Positions 39,016 through 52,367 of a DNA stretch of 64,000 bases are shown here, piece by piece. The position numbers were made by a program, and so were the translations under genes. The stretch's first letter is position 1. Each line of letters starts with the position of its first letter. Source of the DNA: Octopus sinensis (lineage: Eukaryota); assembly GCF_006345805.1 (NCBI RefSeq), contig NC_042999.1, positions 22,754,001 through 22,818,000 of the forward strand, written 5' to 3'. Under the pieces are notes generated by a model. That model was not told the origin of the DNA and did not search any database. It was given only the letters and a program-made list of their open reading frames with translations.

Positions 39016-39311
39016 CATGCATATACATGTTCACATACACATTTATATCTGTAATCTATATCTATCTATCTATCTATCTATCTATATATATATTATACAC
39101 ACACAAATTTATTCATATAATTCAAACATACGCATTTTGATGCAGAGATTTCTATGTGTTCGTGTGCGTGTATGTATGTATATATGTATGTATCTATGTA
39201 TATATATATATATATATACACATATGTATACACACATATATATATATATATCTGTGTGTGTATACATAATATATATATATATATATATAATATATATATA
39301 TATTATGTATG

Positions 39312-39342
<31 letters not shown>

Positions 39343-39845
39343 CTGCATGCGCTATATATAAGCGGTTCATATTGGTTTTACACATGGCTCGTCTTTGTAT
39401 ATTCATTTCCTACAACCCTCATCGAAAACACCTTTATTTCTTGTCGACTTCAATAAAATGACGGTTATTTCTTTACTTCCCTTTCTTCCCCCTCCGCCAC
39501 CTGCACGTTTCAGATCAGAATATACTTATTGATTCTTCTTCTTCTATCGATGAATATGTTTAGACTTTCGATTTCTAGTATCTTTCAGCATAGGCTACTC
39601 GAATTGTTATTGATTTTTTTTTATTACTTATCGTCATGAAAGCTACTGTTAATATCAGTATACAGGCCCGATATTGGCATTGAGCTCACTCACTCACTCA
39701 CTCACTCACTCATTCAACGTTATCTCCACGTCTCTCTCTCTTTCTCTCTCCCTCAACAAGCATATTCTCATATCCGTACAAAACACTTCTGCATATAAAT
39801 AATATCTACACGCACAGAAAATTCAAATGCGTTTTCATAAACAAA

Positions 39846-39892
<47 letters not shown>

Positions 39893-39978
39893 ATGTGCAT
39901 AACGTGACATACATACATACACACACACATATGTATATATGTGTGTGTATAAATATATGTATGTATATGTATATATAC

Positions 39979-40095
<117 letters not shown>

Positions 40096-40132
40096 CATAT
40101 ATATATATGTACATATATACATACATACATAT

Positions 40133-40168
<36 letters not shown>

Positions 40169-40660
40169 GTGTATATGTATATGTATATATACATGCGTTA
40201 TATATAAGACACATACATAGACACTTATTTACATACCTTGCGTTTATAAATGCAACACATACATATGGATATTCTTAATTGATAAGAATTAACTTTTATC
40301 TATAAATCGATGGTGTACCATCCAAATAATGGTGCAACGAAAGAAGGGACGAACAGAATAACGACAAATGCAAAACCAAACAAAGCATCATAAAGACAAA
40401 CGCTTATCTTCATAGTTGCTGAAGTTAGAAGATAAAGGAAAAGGTTTTCATATTGATAAACTTGTTAAATACGATAGTTTAAGAAGAAGAGAAAAAAATC
40501 TGCTATAGTTTGATTTTGTTCAATCTAAACCTCAAGAGCAAGAAATCTTTGAAAAATCTACAAGCGAAAAGGTACAGTCGTTGCCGTATGGTTAAGAAGT
40601 TCGATGTGCAATCACGCGGATTCGGTTTCTCTCTGAACCGGCGGCGTTGTGTTGTAAGGT

Positions 40661-40890
40661 AGCGAGCTGGCAGAAACGTTAGCACGCTGGGCGAAATACT
40701 TAGCGGTATTTCGTCTGCCGCTACGTTCTGAGTTCAAATTCCGCCGAGGTCGACTTTGCCTTTCATCCTTTCGTGGTCGATTAAATAAGTACAAGTTACG
40801 CACTGGGGTCAATATAATCGACTTAATCCGTCTGTCTGTCCTTGTTTGTCCCCTCTGTGTTTAGCTCCTTGTGCTTAGTAAAGAAATAGA
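40661..40890 (+). mobile_element. SINE family A, monomer
   Basis: gcgagctggcagaaacgttagcacg to gtaaagaaatag. Confidence 0.9.
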
Positions 40891-42447
40891 CGTTGTGTTG
40901 TAAGATTTTGCGAGTCATGGAACGTCTTTCGATAGCTAATTTCTCGTCTGTGGACGCAGGTCCTATAGATAATTGCAGAGCCAGTCAAACTGACGCGTTT
41001 TCCAGAATAAGATTTATAAAAGTGTAATTTGTTCTGCGAAATGTGAAGAGATCCAAAGACAAAATATTCGGTATGTTTTGCATTTCATTCCCTACTACCA
41101 TCCCGTTTTCCAATGATAGTAGCACTGCTGCTCTTTTCAGGGTTTCAAGATTTCACTGTGACCTTGGCAGTGTGGCTAACGAGTGCTATGCCTTGCCAAA
41201 GGGTAATCCGTGATTTTGTCCGGGACTGCTTCTTAAGTGTTTGCAGCCAACCTGTATAGCTACAGGCCTTTCCCACACCATTACAACGTATGTAGATAAA
41301 CTCTTCAGAGACACTAGACGCCTCCCCGAAAACCTTTCTTAACATATGCAGGGCCGAGATGGACAGGGTCTGCGGATTTAAAATGTCTGAGCCAGTTCGA
41401 CCAGATGAGAATGTTGTGTTGTAAGAAAAGTTATGGGAGACCACTCGTAGTGTGAACAAGGGACCCGTAAGCTCGCAATCTTCTTTTCATAGAAATGATA
41501 TGGTGCTAAAAATGCTCGAAGTGCAGTACTGAAGGGAAAGCTAATAACAATTTCTAACTAGGGTACAAGGCTAGCAAAATTAAAAATAATGTGCGAAATT
41601 AAAAATATAAAATGGAGACAATTTAGACATCACACCCTGGTGTACTTGTGTGGTAAGAAACTTGCTTCCCAACCACATGGTTCCGGGTTCTGTCCCACAG
41701 CGTGGCACACGGGGATTAATGCAATATGCAGGTAGAGGACAGCAATGGTAATCGATTTTTTAATGATTTCCGAAACTGGTTGAAGAAAGAGAATTTGTCT
41801 TGAAACTGGACTCTTAGTTCGAATTCTTACAACAGAGCAAATACACCTAATGACCAGACGGGTACGTTAAACCGGGTGATCCGTTAAGACTTACCTCTCA
41901 AGTTAATCCAATTATATAAATTTAATAATTTATCATCACAACATTTAATTTACACTTTTCATCCTTGCCTTTAGAGGTCAATATAATTAAATATCACCAA
42001 TCCCATTTATCATCAGTCACATTTATCACCAATCGTATTTATCATCAATCACTCTCTAATGTGAAATCAATTAATTACACTTACCTATTGCCTATTGCTG
42101 ATCTTGTAGCAAGGTTAGAAATCGATATACAGCTCTTCTCCATCTCATAAATTTAACTTCACAACCTACTGGCTTGTTCAACGAAACGAGTCAACTTCTA
42201 GGCAGTCTCTTAGTCTGGTTGAAAATAGCAATAAAATCCCTCCCACCGAAATTGCACACTATCATCATAATAAAGTGCACTTTGAATAATGTAGTCCTAG
42301 ATACACTGTGGTCGAAGAAAATTACGAGAGGCTCATAGCTGAAAAGCTTTTAGTCAAAAGTGTACTTGATCGGGCTTGAGACCGCTTTTGTTGTTGCTGC
42401 TGCTGTTGTTGCCGCTGCTGCTGCTACTCATTATGTTATTATATAAT

Positions 42448-42631
42448 ATTACTAGAAAAATGCTAAATTTTCGCTGAGATCAGTCAAGAGCTTTTATTCC
42501 CTCAGAACCCATAAATTTCCTCTATTGTAAAAAAAAATTTACAAAAATCTCCCATTTTCAGAGTTTAGGGGGCTTGAGGGAGTAAAAGCTCTTGATTAAT
42601 CTCAGTGAAAATTTAGCATTTTTCTAGTAAT
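42448..42631. mobile_element. MITE with ~60-bp TIRs
   Basis: attactagaaaaatgctaaattttcgctgagat.. / ..atctcagtgaaaatttagcatttttctagtaat. Confidence 0.8.
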
Positions 42632-42771
42632 TAAAAAAAAGCAACAATTTAATTCTCAGGCATTTTCAATTTTTACAATTTATTATTTTCACTTCACCCT
42701 ACTGTACATTTATATAAATGATGCAAGCTAATGTTTATTAATTATGTACTGTGCAGCATACCAGTAAACTA

Positions 42772-43337
42772 TTGGGTTGTCCGGAAAGTTCGCGCCGATT
42801 TTTAAAGGAAAGAAAAATGTCAATAAATACTTGCCATTGCATTTTTAATCAACCAAATATGAACCATTTTGTTACACAATGCGTCTTCATCTTTCTTTTA
42901 ACTTGAAAATACCCTCTTCCCAGAATTGAGGTGGTTTCATGGCAAAGAATTCATCAAGGTATCTTTTTACATCATCTAAGGAATTGAAATTTTTGCCATT
43001 AAGACTATTCTGCAGAGACCTGAATAAGTGGAAATCCGAAGGAGCAATATCTGGTGAATATGGAGGGTGGGGTAACATATCCCAGCCGAGCTGCAGCAAT
43101 TTTTTTCTGGTTCCCAAAGCATCAAGTGCCGAAAATGAACTTTCTTATCTTCCATTTTAAAGGGTTACAGAATTAACATAGGTTATAGGAACATAAACAT
43201 TCTTCCACGAAAAGATAGCTCAAACTGTGCTCTAAATGGAGGTGTAGCCAAATCCTATTTTATGGACTCAACCATGTTCTAAAATAAGTCGAAAGGTAAG
43301 CTACTATAAATCGGCATGAACTTTCCGGACAATCTAA
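42772..43337 (-). mobile_element. Internally deleted mariner element with both TIRs and TA TSD
   Basis: TIR ttgggttgtccggaaagttcgcgccgattt / aaatcggcatgaactttccggacaatctaa, TA on each side; MEDKKVHFRHLMLWE joined to LLQLGWDMLPHPPYSPDIAPSDFHLFRSL. Confidence 0.92.
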
Positions 43338-44479
43338 TAGTTTGGCGGCCGTGAGAATTTGAACTACTTGCTACCTGCTCGCAAATTTGTGCGGATTATA
43401 AGAGATTCCGAACCTTCAGAATTCAGAAAGTAGGTGTTGTATCTATATCTGTATTTCTTTCTTTGAGATGATAGGGTATTATTTGAGAGAATTATGGTTG
43501 CTATTTCTAGCCGAACGAGCGTCCTGATAGCTTCTCTCTCATTTTCTTGTTGTCATTGCGGTTGTCTTTGTTTTACATCGTCGTTGCTTAGGTCATTCCT
43601 AACGAAGCAGACCTTTCATAAAAGGGTTTCCAGTCGAGGCCATCACGTCTTACTCTATATTTAAGACTACAAAATCCAATGTATTAAAACGGCCACATTC
43701 CGATTTTATGGTACTTGGCTGTTATTTCTAGAAGATCATACCCATTTAGAACAGAAGTGGGCAAACTAATTATATCATTGATTACTTCTTTTAATCATTG
43801 ATAGGTTATCGACCCTTGTCGCATGAATTTCTAAAATAAAATTGAAAAGGAAATTAATAAAAAAAATTATTTTAAAAGCAAAATTCCGTTTTCTTTTTTC
43901 TGTCATTAAAGCTTTTTAATAAGAAAAATATTTGAAGAAATTCACTGAAAAAAATACTTATTGAAATTGATAATGAACAATAAAAATTCAGTCGTATTAT
44001 ATTGATATAGGCAGAATATCTAATGTGAAATATGTATTTGGTAAATAAGTTATTGTATCAATATTTGGCTGGAAATTAGTGAATTTTAACCATAAGCCAC
44101 CGCGTTCTTCCAGGATCAGTTCGCGAATAATTCAGCACCCTTAATGCTCGAAATCATTTCAGGTGTTTATTGACCATTAGATAGCCATATAGAATTCTCA
44201 CGGTCATTACTGACCACTTTGTCGATCCCTGATTCAGAGGCCCCACCTATTGATGGTGACGGTGGTGGTGGTGCTGTTTGACTGAACATCAATCATAAAA
44301 TAATCATTTGACCGAAAGTATCCCAGTCGTGAATCTCCTGTGTTTTAGCGGCGTCCACGATTAACAACTTTATCTAAGTGAAGCAATCCTTCACTTCTCA
44401 AAGATAATGAATGAGATTTCGGAGAGATTTGGCTGCATTTTCTCAGTAGATCAAACGACTACGTAATAGCTCTGTCGCT

Positions 44480-44674
44480 AGTCCAATATAGAGCAGCAGA
44501 TTCCAGGGCTTCGTGTGGCCCACAAGCATTCCACTGGCGGCCCTCGATGGTGCTCCCTAAAAAATATAAAATTTTCTTTAATTAACTTGTGTTTTATATT
44601 TTCTTTGATGCGGCCCCCTAAAAATATCCAGGTTTTGGATCTGACCCAGGTATTAAAAAGGTTGAAAACCACTG
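44480..44674 (-). mobile_element. Possible hAT-type MITE remnant
   Basis: Ends aaaaaggttgaaaaccactg (reverse complement cagtggttttcaacctttt, hAT-like terminus); other end not matched. Confidence 0.4.
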
Positions 44675-44754
44675 AGAGGGAGCCTACTTTAATTATGTTA
44701 TTTTTAACATCATGAGTTTAAAAAAAAAATGACTGCCACGTTCACACCTATTTC

Positions 44755-44981
44755 TTTACTACCCACAAGGGGACAAACACAGAGGGGACAAACAAGGACA
44801 GTCAAACGGATTAAGTCGATTACATCGACCCCAGTGCGTAACTGGTACTTAATTTATCGACTCCGAAAGGATGAAAGGTAAAGTCGACCTCGGCGGAATT
44901 TGAACTCAGAACGCAATGCCAAACGAAACACGGCTACGCATTTCGCCCGGCTTGCTAACGTTTCTGCCAGCTCGCCGCCTT
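44755..44981 (-). mobile_element. SINE family A, monomer
   Basis: tttctttactacccacaagggg to gccagctcgccgcct. Confidence 0.9.
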
Positions 44982-45618
44982 AACGTTCACGTCAATAGTG
45001 TCAGGTACAATGGAGTATGGTGGGCAGTCCATATTTTTAACCGTGATATATTGCAGCTGTTTCTTTCCCTCGGCGTATTTGAAACAGAAAAAATTCTCAT
45101 AAATTATTCGTAATGAATTGTAGAAAACTGTGCTATTAGAATATTCTAAGAATAGTTTGAACGATTTTTGCTGTCTTCTTTCTTGATTGAAGAGGTATTA
45201 TTTTGAAATTGTAAGATGGCGACTGAAAATGGCGTCGACTATCGTATTCTGTTTGCTGTTGTTTACTTGCTAGTTTTTATAACAATTTACTTTTACATTA
45301 ATAAAAAAAACCATATATATATATATTCACACTATATATTATTCCGTATTACACACAACCATGCATTAGAAGACTGGAGTCTAATATTTGTATAAACAGT
45401 GAAAAATAAACTAATGGATTCTACTTATAATATATAAATTGGTCGATTCTCGGGGCATCGGACAAAAGCCTTGCGGTATTTCTTCCGGTTCTTTCCGTTC
45501 TTAGTTCAGATCTCTACCGAAGTTAACTTTATCTTAATCCTTCCAGAGGCAACAAAGTAAGTTCTACTCAAGCACTGAAATCTCTCTCTCTCCCCTCTCT
45601 CTCTTCTCTCCCCCACTC

Positions 45619-45657
<39 letters not shown>

Positions 45658-45746
45658 GCCAGTCTGTTTATCTGCTGTCTATCTATTTGCTTATTTTTCT
45701 GTGTGTCTGTCTCTCTCTCTCTTTCCCTATTTATCTATCCATCCAT

Positions 45747-45794
<48 letters not shown>

Positions 45795-45796
45795 AT

Positions 45797-45937
45797 AAGG
45801 CGGTGAGCTGGCAGAAACGTTAGCACACCAGGCGAACTGCATAGCGGTATTTCGTCTGTCTTTGTGTTCTGAGTTCAAATTCCGCCGAGGTTGACTTTGC
45901 CTTTCATCCTTTCGGTGATCGATAAATTAAGTACCAG
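45797..45937 (+). mobile_element. SINE family A, 3'-truncated
   Basis: aggcggtgagctggcagaaacg to ttaagtaccag. Confidence 0.85.
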
Positions 45938-46401
45938 AGAGAAAGGGAGAGGTGGGGTGTTGGCTAGTGGTCAGAATAAAGTGATAAGGGAAAGGGAGAA
46001 GTTAGGGGGAGAGAGAGGAAGAGATGAGAAGGTAAGGAATAAAGGAGTGTGAAATATGTGAGTAGGGGTCGTGTGATAGAGCTGTATTAAGAGACGGGTA
46101 CAGAAAAGGTAGAGAGAAGGTAAGCGTGGGGTGGCATGTAAGTGGGCATTGGTTTTGATAGTAAAATTTGAGGTGAAATGAAGAATTCAAGTTGCTATAG
46201 ACATGTGTGGTAGGTTAGTAGGTAAAGAAAGAAAGAATGTATATGTGTGAATATGTATACATATATACGTACCCCCACATGGATATATATATATATATAT
46301 AGCAATTAAGGACAACTACTTATAAGGAAAACTTAACAAGAAATTGTCAGGTAGAATGTATGTAGAATGCCTCCTGGCATGTATGTATAATGCCCTCTTA
46401 T

Positions 46402-46460
<59 letters not shown>

Positions 46461-46614
46461 TTGCCACATAGTGAGTTGCAAATACTGTTTGTCTGTGGAG
46501 ACATATTTTTGTAGTAAAAGAAATAAGTCCTCTGGCTGCTATTTCTAATACTTTCGGTATGTGGTCTAACAACTTGTTGCAAAGACCCTCTTTGCTATAA
46601 TTATATACACACAC

Positions 46615-46674
<60 letters not shown>

Positions 46675-46684
46675 ATATATATAT

Positions 46685-47106
46685 ACAAACTGGGACAAGA
46701 ATGCAAAACATTTAGAAGACGATGCAAAAAACACGGACGGGTGATTAGAAGCCTTCAATCTTCAGTCAAGAACCGGATCATCCTCGCAATTTCGGCTGAT
46801 TACTCTTGAGATTGCTCCAATCTGGCCAGCCCCAAGGAATGTTTTTTCGTATTATTTTTGTATTCATATTCGTGTAACATCGTTTTTCCGTCTTTGTTTC
46901 GTATACATTCGAAGATTTTTTCAAAGGAATTCTAATGTGCTTAGCTTAGATTTTCATTGGGGCTGGCCAAATTGGAGCAATCTCAAGATTAATCAGCCGA
47001 AATTGCGAGGATGATCCGGTTCTTGACTGAAGATTAAAGGCTTCGAATGACCCGTCCGTGTTTTTTGTATCGTCTTCTAAATGTTTTGCGTTCTTGTCCC
47101 AGTTTG
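46685..47106. mobile_element. Family F inverted pair (~150-bp arms, ~120-bp spacer) flanked by (TA)n
   Basis: 46685-46835 is the reverse complement of 46957-47106 with scattered mismatches. Confidence 0.85.
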
Positions 47107-47180
47107 TGTGTATGATATATATATATATATATATATATAAATAGCGGCGTATGTAATTATATATATATATATATATATAT

Positions 47181-47262
47181 CGTCCGATCACCGAAGTTAA
47201 GCAACGTCAAACCAAGTTAGTACTTAGATGGGTGACCGCTTGGGAAACCTAGGTGCTGTAAG
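47181..47262 (+). pseudogene. 5S rRNA pseudogene, 5'-truncated
   Basis: cgtccgatcaccgaagttaagcaacgtc..gttagtacttagatgggtgaccgcttgggaa..aggtgctgtaag matches the 3' two-thirds of metazoan 5S rRNA; the 5' ~35 nt are absent. Confidence 0.85.
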
Positions 47263-47340
47263 GGTCACACATTTTATAGGCGCAGGAGTGACTGTGTGAT
47301 AAGTAGCTTGCTTACTAACCACAAGGTTCTGGGTTCATTC

Positions 47341-47558
47341 ACACAAGGGGCTAAACACAGAAGGGACAAACAAGGACAGACAAACGGATTAAGTTTATTA
47401 CATCGACCCCAGTGCGTAACTGGTACTTAATTTATCGACCCAGAAGGGATGAAAGGCAAAGTCGACTTCGGCGGAATTTGAACTCAGAACGTAACGGCAG
47501 ACGAATTACGGCTACGCATTTCGCCCGGCGTGCTAACGTTTCTGCCAGTTCGCCGCTT
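47341..47558 (-). mobile_element. SINE family A (abutting a family B head at 47279-47340)
   Basis: acaaggggctaaacacag to gccagttcgccgc. Confidence 0.88.
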
Positions 47559-48759
47559 TAAGATACGGCGTAATATTGAGATATGATCTTCGACCCTTCA
47601 TCTCGAAAATCCGATACCCTATCGACCTGGTTAAATACTGTCCTGAAGTCTGCGCACTCGTAAGATTCAAAATCAATATATTTGCAACTGTTGTTGTTGA
47701 TATTTGTATGAATATGATATTCTCATTCGAAACCTGAGAAAAAGATGAAAATCTCTCTAAGATATATCTAACTTTATCCAGTTATCTAGTTCCCAATAGA
47801 AATGGAAAATAAGGAAATTGCATTTTTAAACACACTGGTGAACAAAAGATAGAAGAAGATTTGAATGAATAACTTTATCAAAAACGCAACGCTGAGCTCT
47901 GTTTAGCTTTTAGCTCTGAACCAAGCGAAGCGTAACAAACATAATATTCAATTCTTTTGTAGAGCACAAAAAATATGGAAACGAATAGATCAAGAGAAAA
48001 TACGGAATCATGAAGCTGAAGATTAAGCATTTGGAAGAATTGTATTCTGGTGTATCTGAATACGTTAATGAACGAACTGAAAATAGCTTTGGAAACAACA
48101 GCCAAAGCAGCAACCGTAACAAACACAACCAAAACAAAAAAAAAACAAAAAACAACAGCAATAACGAGAGAATAAAGAAGAAAAAAGACAAAAATTAACT
48201 TATAAATAAGATATGAAAGTATTTTGAATACTCATTTCTCACATAGACATACGGTCTCAACAGAATGTGAAGGTGAGACGACGATACAGTTGGTTAAGAT
48301 CGATCCGCTCGCTACTCGACTCCGATTGTCACGAGGTTATAAATTTGTTAGGAAAGTATATAATCGATTCTTCTCGCTTGAGTTACCATTGTATTATTAT
48401 TATTGTTTTTGTTTTTGTTTTTGCGTAAACATAAATCAATTTCTTATTCATAAATGTTTATTTCGTGTTTAGCGAAAGAGCGGATGAGAGTGGCAAGAAT
48501 GTTGAGTTTGAAGAAGTTTACCCGATGTAGTCTATCCTCAGTAGGAGGAAAGAAACGGGGAGAAGACACTTATGAATCCTTGGAAATGGCAGAGAAATCC
48601 GGGCCTTTTGTGTGGGATTTCTCCAAAATTACATTTAGGTGGACTGGCCCACGGTTCAAAAATTTTTTTATGTTGAATTTTTGTTGAAATTTTATTGTTA
48701 TATCTTTTTGTTATATCTTTAATCTTTTTATCTTTTACTAGTTTCAATCATCAGAGCGA

Positions 48760-49030
48760 TGCCATGCTGGGCACCACCTTGAAGAATTGCCAAATTACGG
48801 GGACGTAAACATACCGATACCGGTTGTCAGGCGGTGATGGGGGACACAAACATACACACACACTCACACACACACACGACGGGCTGATTTCAGTTTGCGT
48901 CTAAGAATTCCACTCACAAGGCATTGGTCGGCTTGAGGCTGTATTAGAAGACACTTGCTCAAAGTTCAACACAGTAGGACTGAACCCGGGACCATGAGGT
49001 TGGGAAGCAAGCTTCTTACTACAGTTACGA
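48760..49030 (-). mobile_element. SINE family B, internally deleted
   Basis: gccatgctggg..acggggacgtaaac..ggactgaacccgggaccatg. Confidence 0.75.
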
Positions 49031-49481
49031 CTTTATTTTTGTTTTATTTTCTGTGTTGTACTTCGTTCTTTTATATCGTTCCGAATGTCCTGAGCACTTT
49101 GTGACCCATAAAAAGAAACCCATCACCATCGGCAGCAGCATCGTTATCAATGCTTTTCATTCTTCCAGAATCTGCAAAATAAAATGACAGTTACTCTTTT
49201 ACTCTTTTACTCTTTTACTCTTTACTTTTTTTACTTGTTTCAGTCATTTGACTGTGGCCATGCTGGAGTACCGCCTTTAGTCGAGTAAATCGACTCCAGG
49301 ACTTATTCTTTGTAAGCCTCGTACTTATTCTATCGGTGTTTTTTTTCGAACCGCTAAGTTACGGGGACATAAACACACCAGCATCTGTTCTCAAGCGATG
49401 TTTGGGGGGGGGGGGCAAACAAAGACACACAAACATATACATACACACATACATACATGCGTACATACATTCATACAAACA

Positions 49482-49543
<62 letters not shown>

Positions 49544-49550
49544 ATATATA

Positions 49551-49735
49551 ACAGGAAGGTTTACGAAAATAAACAAAAGACGAAGGCAGGTGGAGTACAA
49601 ACTAACAATTGTATTAGTATGGCGCTCAGAAATAGAAATAGAACAAGTCTTTTACGTTTCGAGCCTACGCTCTTCGACAGAAAGATACACAGAAAAAAAA
49701 AACAAGGAGAGAAAAAAATGCGTGTAGGAGCTAGC
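49551..49735 (-). mobile_element. Family G insert (copy 3) with A6U hammerhead-like motif at 49648-49685
   Basis: Minus strand TCTTT CTGTCGA a GAGC gtag GCTC GAA AC GT A AAAGA: perfect 5-bp stem I and 4-bp stem II, GUA triplet. Confidence 0.65.
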
Positions 49736-49887
49736 ACACAGATATACGACGGGCTTCTTTCAATTTCCATTTACCGAATCCACTCACAAGGCTTTGGTCG
49801 GCCCGAGGCTATAGTAGTAGACACTTGGTCAATTTGCCACGCAGTGGGGCTGAACTCGGAACCATGTGGTTGGTAAGCAAGCTACTT

Positions 49888-52138
49888 TATTTCAAAACAT
49901 TTGCCATAAAGGCAGTACACAGATTAAGTTAGCTTTGCGGGCTGGACGAGGACATTAATGAGGTGAATGATAATGAAAGAAAGATGATAAGGATGGGAGA
50001 AGACAAAAAGCGCCCGCCGACTTTCGCTTCTCTAAAACATTGTTCTTTTTAAAGATAAACACAAAACGAGGTATTAAACCTCTTACAATTTTTCCAATTT
50101 TTGGACTTAGCAGTCCATTATTAATACAAAACGAGGTATTAATCCTCTTACAATTTTTCAATTTTTGGACTTAAGTCCATTACTAATAATAACAGTTCAA
50201 TAATTACATATCGTCCTCGAAATAGCTTGTGCCCGCGCCCTCCACCATCAACCACGCCTCCCTCAGAACGTAATCAAGTTCCGAGTTCGCGTCGCCCGGG
50301 ACCAAGTTATAATCTTCATTGAGCTCCTTTAGCCCAAGCGTCACGTCGAACGCCACGGCCTCCACAGCTACCTGCGGAGGCCATTCGGGGTCCTGTGTGA
50401 AGGCTAAAGGTGCTCCCTTGTAGTGCTCTTCCATCACTTTTTCAATTTCTCCTCCTCTATAGAAGAGGACCTATACGTTCAGTTCTTTCGTTGGCGGCAC
50501 AGTTCCCGCCAACGGTATTCCTTCTCTTGTCGGTGGCACAACCCCAACCGACGTAGTTCCGGGACATTCCGGTGCTACACTGACAGCCGGTAATGTCCCG
50601 TTTTTCTTCCTCTTTTTCTTTTTTTTCCCTTTTCAACTGAGGGAGGGTGCGTCTCCTCCGTGGCTGGAAGATTCGCCTTCCTCTCCTCATTTCTATTATC
50701 CTTTGGTGAGCACCCATTGTTGCTCACCTTCCTCTTTCGGCCTCTGTTTGAGGAGTCCTCTGCTTTCTCGGCCGTTATCGTTCCCTCTTCTAGAGGGGTT
50801 TTACTTAACTGTTCCGGGATCCTATTTTGTTCCCGAGGACAGTTCTTCTTTATGTGGCCGGACTCCAAGCACCGATGACACTTAGGGGGCGACTCTCAAG
50901 CATCACCGGGTACCTGCACCCGGCCATTTTCAAAAAATCTGGAAGAACCAGATTGGCTGATTGGGGCCACAGGGTCAAAATTGCTTTTGACCCAACCCAA
51001 GCAGCCGCAGGAAGAACTTTTACATTGAGGAGCTTAGTTTCGCTGTCACCCAGACCCCGGCGGATAGTCTCCTCTATCCACTCGGGTTCTATGTCGGGTG
51101 GCAGTCCGCAAATCCAAGCTTTCATCAATTTCTTTTTTTTGTACGTGGGCAGGAATAAGATTTCCTTACCCTCCAGGGGTTTGCTAGCAAATTTGCAAGC
51201 CTCTTCAGGGGTGTCAAATAGCAACCACACCGTTGCATATTTGACACCCCTGGAAATGAATTTAATTGTTGGCAAATACTCTTCCAACTCCTTTTCAATT
51301 GCCGTCTTTTCGAATAGGGCGATGGTGTCGAGTGCCTTGGAGTAGGTTCTCAACACCACCGTCCTATCTTCACGGTCTTTTAACCACTTTTTAGGTGGTA
51401 TGATTTCCCACTCCAAAATTTTGTTATTTTTCATTGCCATGTTTTTTTTAAATATATTCAAATTAAACTCAAAAAGCAGGAAGAAAAAAGTTCAAAAGTC
51501 CAAATAAAATTTTATAGATTTTTGAAAAAACAAAAAGGAGAAAGCACAACAGAAGGGAAGAAATTAACGGAAAGTCGTAATAAAGAAAAAAAACAAAAGG
51601 GGGGTTAAATGAAGTTCAAAAGAAAGTTAATAAACAGAAAATCACAGCAAAAATATTCTGGCCTTGCGGTACTCCCGGCCTGGGTTGAACCTGGAACGCC
51701 GCAACTGCAACACAACCTCCACAAAAATGGGTCCGAAAGGTAATCCAATAGTGGCTTATTTTTATAATTTTCTTGCGAAGTACTCTGACAAGGGAATAAA
51801 TTCAACAAACCCAAACACAGCACTGGCTACCGCCAACGGTAATTTTAACAGTAACTGTATTGAATTCCGAGGATACGCCCCTCCACTGTTTTTTCTTTTT
51901 TTTTTCAATGAACACAAAAACGGCAGCCGCCGAGAGCAGGCGAAATTGTCTCAGAGTTGGACACAACTTACTGAAATAATAATTGGTACGCAATAAATTA
52001 TGCCCAACTCACAATAAACAAAATCACTTACCTCGACAACTTTCCGTTTTTGGTCTTTTTTCTTTAATTGGACGGAGCTGGTTGACTCGCGTCCACTCTG
52101 GCTGAACAGGAAGCAACTAACTGCGCATGTGTGTTAGA
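49888..52138 (-). mobile_element. ORF1-only (L1/Tx1-like) non-autonomous retroelement, 2251 bp
   Basis: Perfect 10-bp TSD caagctactt at 49878-49887 and 52139-52148; minus-strand 3' end ..ttttgaaataaa overlaps the TSD; no ORF2 motifs seen. Confidence 0.8.
50204..51440 (-). pseudogene. ORF1p/gag-like protein (RRM-like region plus CX2CX4HX4C knuckle), disrupted
   Basis: ATG at 51440 (MAMKNNKILEW..AWICGLPPDIEPEWIEE); adding one base to the G5 run at 50885-50889 gives ESRPPKCHRCLESGHIKKNCP; a further frameshift and one TAG precede ORF 50204-50437. Confidence 0.7.
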
Positions 52139-52176
52139 CAAGCTACTTACCACACAGCTACTCCTGCACGTATATA

Positions 52177-52367
<191 letters not shown>

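Larger units (their letters stand above)
49185..52170 (-). mobile_element. SINE family B split by two nested inserts (family G at 49551-49735 and ORF1-only element at 49888-52138)
   Basis: Body 49185-49887; remainder of head caagctacttaccacacagctactcctgc at 52139-52168. Confidence 0.85.

Noticed and set aside
41145-41459. 104-aa minus-strand ORF in unique sequence
   Set aside because: No recognisable domain or splice signals; needs BLASTX/RNA-seq.
45940-46250. Purine-rich stretch possibly from a PLE 3' end
   Set aside because: Too degenerate to assign; no hammerhead core found.
47560-48200. Decayed coding-like A-rich segment, faintly similar to 28500-29050 (minus)
   Set aside because: Similarity is limited to a few residues and low-complexity N/S/K tracts; not supportable by eye.
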